Shown here: piece after piece, positions 57,207-64,000 of the stretch
Layout: each line of letters starts with the position of its first letter
Numbering within the stretch: the stretch's first letter is position 1
Source of the DNA: Bacteroidota bacterium
GTDB taxonomy: Bacteria; Bacteroidota; Bacteroidia; AKYH767-A; 2013-40CM-41-45
DNA length: 64,000 nt
Assembly: GCA_046052345.1 (NCBI GenBank)
Contig: JBJOMN010000054.1
Coordinates: forward strand, 3,663 to 67,662
Direction of reading: 5' to 3'
Program-made: the position numbers and the translations under genes
The notes under the pieces: generated by a model
Seen by the model: the letters and a program-made list of their open reading frames with translations, nothing else
Database searches by the model: none
What the model was told of the DNA's origin: nothing

Positions 57207-58139
57207 ATGCTCAGCAGAAGGCAACTTCGCGTAAAAGTCCTGCAGGCCCTTTACGCCTTTTTCCAGTCGGACAAGAAGGAGCTTTCCGTGGCTGAGCGTG
57301 AGCTTTTCCGAAGTATTGAAAAGGTACACGAACTCTACGTTTACCTTCTCCAGTTCCTGCTGGAACTGGCTGATGCGGACGAGTCGGATGCATCCGATCT
57401 CCTTACGAAATACTTTCCCGACCAGGCAGAGCTGAAGGCCTCCCTTCGTCTCAGCGCTTTCAGGTTCATGCATGCCCTGCGCGATTCCGATTCATTCAAA
57501 GCGGCTGTCCGTAAGTGCAAGACCTCCTGGCAGAAGGACCGGGAGCTGGTCCGTCGCGTTTTCCTGGAGCTGAAGAAATCCTCCGAATTCCGTGCGATTA
57601 TCACCGGCGAGGACAAGGACGAGTCCGCATTCCTGCAGTTGATTGTCCGTAAATATGTCGAGGAATCCGATCTCATGCAGCACCACGTCGAGGAGGAGAA
57701 CCTGTTCTGGCCGGAAGACCTTTCCTTCGTGTCACACATGGTGAACCGCACCATCCGGCAATTCTATGATTCCGGGAAGCTCGAGGTCTTCACGTCGTAC
57801 CGTGATGAGAAGGACGACAGGGAATTCGTTTCCGCCTTGTTTCATCAGACGGTGCTTCACAACAAGGAGTACGAGGCAGCTGTCAGTGAACGGACCAAGA
57901 ACTGGGACCTGGAGCGGATCGCCTTGATGGATATCCTCATACTGAAGATGGCGCTCGCGGAGCTCGTGCATTTCCAGGCTATACCGGTGAAGGTGACCAT
58001 CAACGAATTCATCGAGATCTCCAAAGAGTACAGTACACCCAAGAGCAAGCAATTCATCAACGGTATCATCGACCGTCTGGCTGCGGACTACCGGGAGGCC
58101 GGAAAAATCGTCAAGACCGGACGCGGACTGATGGAATGA
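57207..58139 (+). CDS. nusB: transcription antitermination factor NusB (long Bacteroidota form)
   Basis: N-terminus MLSRRQLRVKVLQALYAF. 310 aa. Confidence 0.85.
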   Translation: MLSRRQLRVKVLQALYAFFQSDKKELSVAERELFRSIEKVHELYVYLLQFLLELADADESDASDLLTKYFPDQAELKASLRLSAFRFMHALRDSDSFKAAVRKCKTSWQKDRELVRRVFLELKKSSEFRAIITGEDKDESAFLQLIVRKYVEESDLMQHHVEEENLFWPEDLSFVSHMVNRTIRQFYDSGKLEVFTSYRDEKDDREFVSALFHQTVLHNKEYEAAVSERTKNWDLERIALMDILILKMALAELVHFQAIPVKVTINEFIEISKEYSTPKSKQFINGIIDRLAADYREAGKIVKTGRGLME

Positions 58140-58155
58140 TGTTCGACCAGAAATC

Positions 58156-58623
58156 ATGAGAGGATCCTGTTTTTCACTTCTGTTGCTTCCCGTGCTGGTG
58201 TTGCTCTCCTGCGGACCGCAACGTACGCCTAACCAGCCCGAAGACGCTTTGTCCCCTGAACTCGTCAAGAATCCTGCAACTGCCGGCGGCGTGAAGGGAG
58301 AGAAGAAGCTGCCCGTGCTGAGCTTCGATGCCACTACCCATGATTTCGGTTCGGTGGTCGACGGGGAGAAAGTGAACTTCTCCTTTCACTTCAAGAATTC
58401 CGGTGACGGCGACCTCGTCATCCGTCATTGCCAGGCCTCCTGCGGATGCACAGTCCCGGAATGGCCGAAAGATCCTGTTCCGCCCGGAGGCGATGGTTAT
58501 ATTGCCGTGACCTTCGACAGCAAGGGGAAAACCGGCATGGTGCACAAGACCGTCTCCATCATCGCCAACACCGTGCCGAATACATCGACCTTGGTGATTA
58601 CCGGAGAAGTGCACGCGAAATGA
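58156..58623 (+). CDS. DUF1573-domain lipoprotein
   Basis: Lipobox LLSCG and ..HDFGSV..G..FKNSGDGDLVI.. 155 aa. Confidence 0.7.
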   Translation: MRGSCFSLLLLPVLVLLSCGPQRTPNQPEDALSPELVKNPATAGGVKGEKKLPVLSFDATTHDFGSVVDGEKVNFSFHFKNSGDGDLVIRHCQASCGCTVPEWPKDPVPPGGDGYIAVTFDSKGKTGMVHKTVSIIANTVPNTSTLVITGEVHAK

Positions 58624-58668
58624 ACTGAACCTAATCCAAACTAACCTCAGACAAACAAACCTTTCAAC

Positions 58669-58992
58669 ATGAATCTTCTCAACATCCTTCTACAGCAGCA
58701 GCAAGGCGGTGCCATGATGCAGATGCTTTTTCTTCTGGCCATTATCGTCGTCTTCTATCTCTTCATGATCCGTCCCCAGGTGAAGAAGCAGAAAGCGGAA
58801 CAGCAGTTCCGTAATTCCCTGGAGAAAGGTACAAGAGTGGTTACGATAGGAGGGATCCACGGAAAAATCGTCGAAGTCAACGAAAAGACTTTGCTGATCG
58901 AAATCGACTCCAACGTCAAGGTCCGCTGTGAACGCTCCGCCGTCTCTCTGGACGCTACGCGCGCCCTCGAGGCGGGTTCCGCTGCGAAGTGA
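58669..58992 (+). CDS. yajC: preprotein translocase subunit YajC
   Basis: Single TM followed by ..KGTRVVTIGGIHGKIVEV.. 107 aa. Confidence 0.85.
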   Translation: MNLLNILLQQQQGGAMMQMLFLLAIIVVFYLFMIRPQVKKQKAEQQFRNSLEKGTRVVTIGGIHGKIVEVNEKTLLIEIDSNVKVRCERSAVSLDATRALEAGSAAK

Positions 58993-59046
58993 TACGGACG
59001 CTTCCGGAACGTTTTCGTACCTTCCAAGAACCGAACCGACGCTCCG

Positions 59047-60033
59047 ATGGACAAGCATCCGCGCAACGAAGAGAGCCGTCCGGCTCCTATGGTCCTTAAC
59101 CGGCAGGTCACCGTCTTTCTGGTGTGCCTGCTGATTGCTATCGTTTTCTGGTTGTTGCAGTCTTTGTCCGATGTATACCCCGCCACGATCGGATTCCCGG
59201 TCCGATATTCCGGCTTACCGGAGCGTAAGGTGGTAGTGAACGAGCTTCCCGCACGAATCGCTCTCGATCTGCGTACGACCGGCTTTCGCATCCTGTATTA
59301 CCGCTTCTTCAAATCTCCTGACCCGGTTGAAATCGATGTCTCTTCCGGTATCGCCTCGACCGGTGTCAGTTCCGATGTCTTGGTGGTGCCTACCCGCTAC
59401 TTCCTGCAGGATTTCAACAGTCAATTGGGAGAAGAGATACAGGTGACCGGATTCCGTCCGGATTCCATTGTCCTCATGTTCAACGACAGGGTCAGCAAGC
59501 GAGTGCCGGTCCTTACCCGGACCGCTTTCTCATTGAGAAGGCAGTACGATACGTTGGCAGGCCCTACGGCCTTTCCTGATTCCGTTACGGTCAGCGGTCC
59601 GCCTTCCGCGGTGCGGAACATCGCCCGAGTGTACACCCACCCGGCTGACTTCGGCGAACTTCAGAGTTCGGTCGACACACCGGTCGTGCTGCAGCCTGTT
59701 CCGCTGGTGGATATCGAACCCTCCGAGGTGCGTGTCAGTATAAAGGTCGAGAAGTTCACCGAAGGGATTTTCGAAGTCGATGTCCATCCTGTGAATGTTC
59801 CTGCCGGCTTTGTTTTAAAGACCTTCCCCGACCAGGTGAAGGTGAGGTATCAGGCTTCCCTCTCGGTATTTTCCACCGTAGACAAGGAGCAGTTCGAGGT
59901 GGTGGCGGATGCATCCTCCGCGAACGGATCCGGCTTGAACATGCTTCCTCTGCGTGTCGTCACTCAACCGGCGGGCGTTCGATCTGTGGTTGTTGAGCCG
60001 TTGGAAGTCGAATTCCTACTCAGACGCAAATGA
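59047..60033 (+). CDS. YbbR-like domain protein
   Basis: N-terminal TM and repeated YbbR-like beta modules. Occupies the conserved position between yajC and coaE. Confidence 0.65.
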   Translation: MDKHPRNEESRPAPMVLNRQVTVFLVCLLIAIVFWLLQSLSDVYPATIGFPVRYSGLPERKVVVNELPARIALDLRTTGFRILYYRFFKSPDPVEIDVSSGIASTGVSSDVLVVPTRYFLQDFNSQLGEEIQVTGFRPDSIVLMFNDRVSKRVPVLTRTAFSLRRQYDTLAGPTAFPDSVTVSGPPSAVRNIARVYTHPADFGELQSSVDTPVVLQPVPLVDIEPSEVRVSIKVEKFTEGIFEVDVHPVNVPAGFVLKTFPDQVKVRYQASLSVFSTVDKEQFEVVADASSANGSGLNMLPLRVVTQPAGVRSVVVEPLEVEFLLRRK

Positions 60034-60656
60034 TCATCGTCGGAATCACCGGAGGCATCGGAAGCGGAAAATCCGTGGTAAGCAGGATATTCCGCATGTT
60101 AGGCATACCTGTGTACGACGCCGATGCGGCAGCCAGGGACCTGTATCGGCGTCATCCTGATTTGTCGGAGCGTGTACTTGCCGAATTCGGGCCGGAAGTC
60201 TCAGGTCCTGAGGGCGGCATAGACCGCAAAAAACTTGCGGCCGTTGTTTTCCAGGATCCCGAGCGGTTGAAGGCACTTAACCGCCTTGTACATCCGCTGG
60301 TTAAAAAGGATTTCAAGGAATGGTGTTCTTCCCACCGTGCCGCACCGTATGTGATGAAAGAGGCCGCCATACTTTTTGAAAGCGGAACCCACAAGGACTG
60401 TGATCTGGTAATAGCCGTGACGGCTCCGCAGGAATTACGGTTGCTTCGTGTCAAGACCCGTGACCAGCGTTCCGCGGCAGAAATACGCAGAGTGATGGAA
60501 AACCAGTGGTCGGACGAGGAGAAGATCAAGCGCTCCGACTTCATCGTTCAAAATGGCGAAGACGATGCCGTACTTCCCCAGGTATTGCAAATCCATGAAC
60601 GAATACTGAAAACCAGCGGCGATGACATCGCTGCCATCGGCCGCCACGGTTCCTGA
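60030..60656 (+). CDS. coaE: dephospho-CoA kinase
   Basis: MIIVGITGGIGSGKS (P-loop). Confidence 0.9.
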   Translation: MIIVGITGGIGSGKSVVSRIFRMLGIPVYDADAAARDLYRRHPDLSERVLAEFGPEVSGPEGGIDRKKLAAVVFQDPERLKALNRLVHPLVKKDFKEWCSSHRAAPYVMKEAAILFESGTHKDCDLVIAVTAPQELRLLRVKTRDQRSAAEIRRVMENQWSDEEKIKRSDFIVQNGEDDAVLPQVLQIHERILKTSGDDIAAIGRHGS

Positions 60657-60657
60657 T

Positions 60658-61626
60658 ATGAAAGCGGTTGGACGACATCTTCACTTCGACCGTGCAGGTC
60701 TTCGTGCAGCGGACGGTTCTTTCAGCATCGATCCCTCACGTAAAGTCCCCGTAGCACTTGTTTCGCATGCTCACGGCGATCACGCCATTCCGGGGCATGG
60801 TGTAGTGTATGCCACCCGATCAACTTGGGAGCTCATGAAGGAGCGATATTCGGACAAGCTGGTGGCCGACTTCCGGGAGGTGGAATTCGGTCGGCCTTTC
60901 CGCGCAGGTCCGATGACGATCACCTACTATCCGGCAGGACATATCCTGGGCAGTGCACAGATCCTGCTTGAACAGGAAGGGGTTCGCTACCTGTACACCG
61001 GCGATTTCAAGGTACACGATGATCCTACCTGCGAACCGTTTCATCATGTAAAGTGTGATTACCTTATCACTGAAACCACCTTTGCTCATCCCGATTATTC
61101 TCATCCGGATGCCGGAGAGGAGCTTGCAAGCCTGTGCGATGCGGAAGGACGCCTTGTCATCGGTGCGTATGCCGTCGGGAAAGCCCAGCGGATTACGCGC
61201 CTGTTGCATGATTACGCTCCCGGACGTACTGTCTATGTGCATCCGCTGATAGGCGGATATCACCGTGTCTATGAGACAGCCGGGGTACATCTTGGGGAAT
61301 GGCGGCCATATTCGCGGAAGGAGTTCCTGGAAGACGAGCGAGGTGTCCTGATTCTGCCTCCTTCCGTTTTTTCCAGGTACGAACGGCATCAGGGTGCCAT
61401 CAAGGTATTCGCTACAGGATGGAAGAGGTCCTATTACCGATGCGACAGGGTGTTGTCCATCAGTGACCATGCGGATTGGGACGGGTTGATGAAAGTCATT
61501 TCTTCTTCCGGAGCACATACGATCTTTACGCTTCATGGTGACGGTACGATGCTGCGTGACCGTCTAATCGGTAGCGGTCCGAATGTGGAGCTGCTGGAAC
61601 ACCGTGCCGGTGAGCAGAAAACATGA
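60658..61626 (+). CDS. MBL-fold metallo-hydrolase, ligase-associated DNA-damage-response exonuclease-like
   Basis: Start at MKAVGRH, immediately after the coaE stop. VSHAHGDH (HxHxDH) and C-terminal ..SDHADWDGL.. Confidence 0.6.
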   Translation: MKAVGRHLHFDRAGLRAADGSFSIDPSRKVPVALVSHAHGDHAIPGHGVVYATRSTWELMKERYSDKLVADFREVEFGRPFRAGPMTITYYPAGHILGSAQILLEQEGVRYLYTGDFKVHDDPTCEPFHHVKCDYLITETTFAHPDYSHPDAGEELASLCDAEGRLVIGAYAVGKAQRITRLLHDYAPGRTVYVHPLIGGYHRVYETAGVHLGEWRPYSRKEFLEDERGVLILPPSVFSRYERHQGAIKVFATGWKRSYYRCDRVLSISDHADWDGLMKVISSSGAHTIFTLHGDGTMLRDRLIGSGPNVELLEHRAGEQKT

Positions 61627-63137
61627 TCAAAATCCTTGATACCGAGGGAATACGTGCTGCCGACAGGTATACGATCGAGCACGAACCTGTTCTTCCTATC
61701 GACCTGATGGAACGCGCAGCCGGCGCCTGCATCGCTCCGCTGCAAAAACTGATTCCCTCGGCTGCTACCGTACGGTTGTTTTGCGGTCCGGGTAATAACG
61801 GCGGTGACGGTTTGGCCATAGCCAGGACGCTTTTGGAAAAAGGAATTCAGGTCATCGTGTACGGATTCGGAGAGGCTCCCGGTCTTTCCGCCGACAGGAT
61901 CACGAACACCGACCGTTTCCGTTCACTGTCGGATGCTGTATTTGTAGACGTCAAGTCAGCGGAGGATCTTCCTCGTTCCGGAAAAGGGGAGGTCTGGGTA
62001 GATGCCCTATTCGGAACCGGCCTTGGTAAACCCGTCACAGGAATATTCCTTACGGCAATCCAACGGATTAATTCCTCTGAGGCGTTGGTGGTCGCTATTG
62101 ATATACCCTCCGGACTTCCCGCAGATCGTCCGGCGCCTGATGCCGCTGCCATCGTGCAGGCGCATCATACGCTTACGTTCCAGTTTCCCAAGTTGTCCTT
62201 TCTGTTGCCTTCCACCGGTCGATACGTCGGTAAATGGGAAGTCCTGGATATCGGACTTCATCCGGCTTACATCGTAAAGGCTGCTGCGCTCGGTTACCTT
62301 GTAACGTCCGAGGATATCTCACTCAGATACAGGAAGCGCGACCGTTTCAGTCATAAGGGTACGCACGGCCATGCTGTCTTGTTGGCCGGCAGTTACGGTA
62401 AATCCGGTGCGGCGCTCCTTGCGACACGGGCTTGTCTGCGTTCCGGCGCAGGACTGCTGACCGTGCATGTTCCCCGGGAGTCCGTGGAAATCCTGCAGGT
62501 CGGTGCACCTGAAGCGATGGTATCCGTCGATTCCGGAGATCGTTTCCTGACCGGAACACCTGACGATCTTAAGCGCTTTAATGCGGTCGGTATTGGTCCG
62601 GGATTGGGTACCCGGCCGGAGACGGCCAAGTCCGTCGAGGGAGTATTGCGCAGCGGAATACCCGTGGTGTTGGATGCCGATGCGCTGAATCTGATTTCCG
62701 AGCACCCGAATCTGGCTGCTCTGCTTCACGGAGGCTGCATCCTGACTCCTCATCCGAAGGAATTCGAACGTCTTGCAGGGCCGTCCCGTAATGACTTTGA
62801 ACGGATTGATATGTTGCGCGCGTTCGCAGTCAGGCATGGCGTCACAGTCGTGCTGAAGGGGGCGTATACCTGCACGATGACAGCGGCCGGAGAGGCTTAC
62901 TTCAATGCGACCGGAAATGCCGGCTTGGCGAAAGGAGGCAGCGGAGACATACTTACAGGAATGGTCCTTGCCTTGCTCGCGCAGGGATATTCAATTCCAG
63001 ATGCTGCGATGATCGCCGTTCACGTGCATGGAGAGGCGGCAGACAAAGTCAGGGAAAGACTGTCCATGCAAGGCATGTTGCCTTCTGACGTGGTTGAACA
63101 GCTTCCCGCCAGTTTCAGGACTTTCGAGCAGGGCTGA
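61623..63137 (+). CDS. nnr: bifunctional NAD(P)H-hydrate repair enzyme (epimerase/ADP-dependent dehydratase)
   Basis: YjeF-N (..GPGNNGGDGL..) plus YjeF-C carbohydrate kinase (..GSGDILTG..). 504 aa. Confidence 0.85.
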   Translation: MIKILDTEGIRAADRYTIEHEPVLPIDLMERAAGACIAPLQKLIPSAATVRLFCGPGNNGGDGLAIARTLLEKGIQVIVYGFGEAPGLSADRITNTDRFRSLSDAVFVDVKSAEDLPRSGKGEVWVDALFGTGLGKPVTGIFLTAIQRINSSEALVVAIDIPSGLPADRPAPDAAAIVQAHHTLTFQFPKLSFLLPSTGRYVGKWEVLDIGLHPAYIVKAAALGYLVTSEDISLRYRKRDRFSHKGTHGHAVLLAGSYGKSGAALLATRACLRSGAGLLTVHVPRESVEILQVGAPEAMVSVDSGDRFLTGTPDDLKRFNAVGIGPGLGTRPETAKSVEGVLRSGIPVVLDADALNLISEHPNLAALLHGGCILTPHPKEFERLAGPSRNDFERIDMLRAFAVRHGVTVVLKGAYTCTMTAAGEAYFNATGNAGLAKGGSGDILTGMVLALLAQGYSIPDAAMIAVHVHGEAADKVRERLSMQGMLPSDVVEQLPASFRTFEQG

Positions 63138-63151
63138 ATCTGCCAAACATT

Positions 63152-63772
63152 TCAAATACCGTTTGTGATGAGGCCTTTCCCTTCCCGGATTAGCACGGGC
63201 GTATCTCCCGTGCAGTCGATCACCGTAGAGGGCTCCAGTTCTGAATTACCTCCATCGATAACCAGATCGACCTGGCTTTCCATCATGGCTTCTATTTCCG
63301 AAGCATCGGATACGTATTCCTCCCAATGATTGGTGTCGTGTACCGTGGTCACCATGATGGGGTTGCCGAGTTCCTGCACGATCCGGCGGGTGATGGGGTT
63401 GTCCGGAACCCGGATGCCGATGGTCTTCTTGTTGGTCTTGAAGATCGAAGGGACGTTGCTGTTGGCGTTCAGGATGAATGTAAAAGGTCCCGGAAGACAT
63501 TGCTTCATCAGGCGGAAAATAGTGTTGTTGAAAGGCCGTGTGAAGTCGGAGATGTGTGAAAGGTCGTTGCAGATGAACGAGAAATTCCCTTTCCCTTCCT
63601 TCATCTGACGCAACCTGCTGATCCGTTCAAACGCCTTGTTGGAACGGATATCGCAGGCCAGCGCATACAGCGTATCCGTAGGGACCACGATGATCCCGTC
63701 GTTACGAAGGAGCTCGACCGCCTTGGCGATGTGCCGGTCGTTGATGTTCTCCGGATAGATGCGTAACAGCAA
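63152..63772 (-). CDS. tsaC: L-threonylcarbamoyladenylate synthase (YrdC/Sua5 family)
   Basis: ..IIVVPTDTLYALACD.. Start is taken at the TTG giving (M)LLRIYPENIND. The upstream part of the track ORF overlaps the stop of the neighbouring transaldolase. Confidence 0.75.
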   Translation of the reverse strand: MLLRIYPENINDRHIAKAVELLRNDGIIVVPTDTLYALACDIRSNKAFERISRLRQMKEGKGNFSFICNDLSHISDFTRPFNNTIFRLMKQCLPGPFTFILNANSNVPSIFKTNKKTIGIRVPDNPITRRIVQELGNPIMVTTVHDTNHWEEYVSDASEIEAMMESQVDLVIDGGNSELEPSTVIDCTGDTPVLIREGKGLITNGI

Positions 63773-63783
63773 GCAGGAACGTA

Positions 63784-64000
63784 TTACTTCACCATCGCTT
63801 CCTGCGACTTCTTGGCGTCGGCAAGGAATTTGGCAAGTCCGATATCCGTGAGCGGATGCTTCAGCAGGTCCATGATGGCCGACAGCGGACAGGTGGCGAC
63901 GTCGGCTCCGGCTTCTGCGCACTTGATGATGTGAAGCGGGTTACGGATCGAGGCAGCCAGCACCTGGGTGGAGAATCCGTAGTTACGGTAGATGTGAACG
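63784..64000 (-). CDS. transaldolase/fructose-6-phosphate aldolase family protein, C-terminal fragment (N-terminus beyond window)
   Basis: Minus-strand translation gives ...[65 protein letters not shown] with its stop at 63784-63786. Confidence 0.75.
   Translation of the reverse strand, partial: VHIYRNYGFSTQVLAASIRNPLHIIKCAEAGADVATCPLSAIMDLLKHPLTDIGLAKFLADAKKSQEAMVK

Overview
This 64 kb window looks like an ordinary chromosomal region from a fairly GC-rich member of the Bacteroidota. The phylum call rests on four things read from the sequence: a T9SS C-terminal sorting domain protein; DUF4249, DUF1573 and an RprXY-like two-component pair; TAnnTTTG -7 promoter motifs upstream of several genes; and a long NusB followed by the nusB-yajC-ybbR-coaE gene order. 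Gene density is high (about 60 CDS) and most genes are housekeeping, with confident calls for trxB (3' part), recF, ndk, pntAB, ffh, folD, queE, kdsA, rarA, pruA, ispE, accA, dnaB, a leucine dehydrogenase and coaE (all calls are in the feature list). One non-coding RNA gene, the RNase P RNA (rnpB, minus strand, about 4362-4753), is absent from the ORF track. It carries the GGAAAGUCCGGGC and ACAGAACCCGGCUUA signatures and has its own terminator. I found no rRNA, tRNA, CRISPR array, transposase, integrase or phage gene. No known defence system is recognisable. The stretches that deserve a second look are: (i) a GH16-like lipoprotein fused to an MBOAT plus AlgX/AlgJ-like (PatA/PatB-like) O-acetylation pair at 6950-11719; (ii) the intergenic region upstream of the RprX-like kinase, which carries a fourfold TTAAC direct-repeat array at helical spacing and a divergent 30-aa single-TM micro-ORF with its own intrinsic terminator; (iii) two uncharacterised operons of envelope proteins, a membrane protein/PD40 beta-propeller/FAD oxidoreductase set and a lipoprotein/beta-barrel OMP pair co-transcribed with kdsA; (iv) an orphan LytTR regulator next to a membrane-anchored receiver-only protein; and (v) an AddA-like helicase-nuclease with no AddB partner. 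The many long ORFs antisense to confidently assigned genes are treated as GC-driven shadow ORFs.
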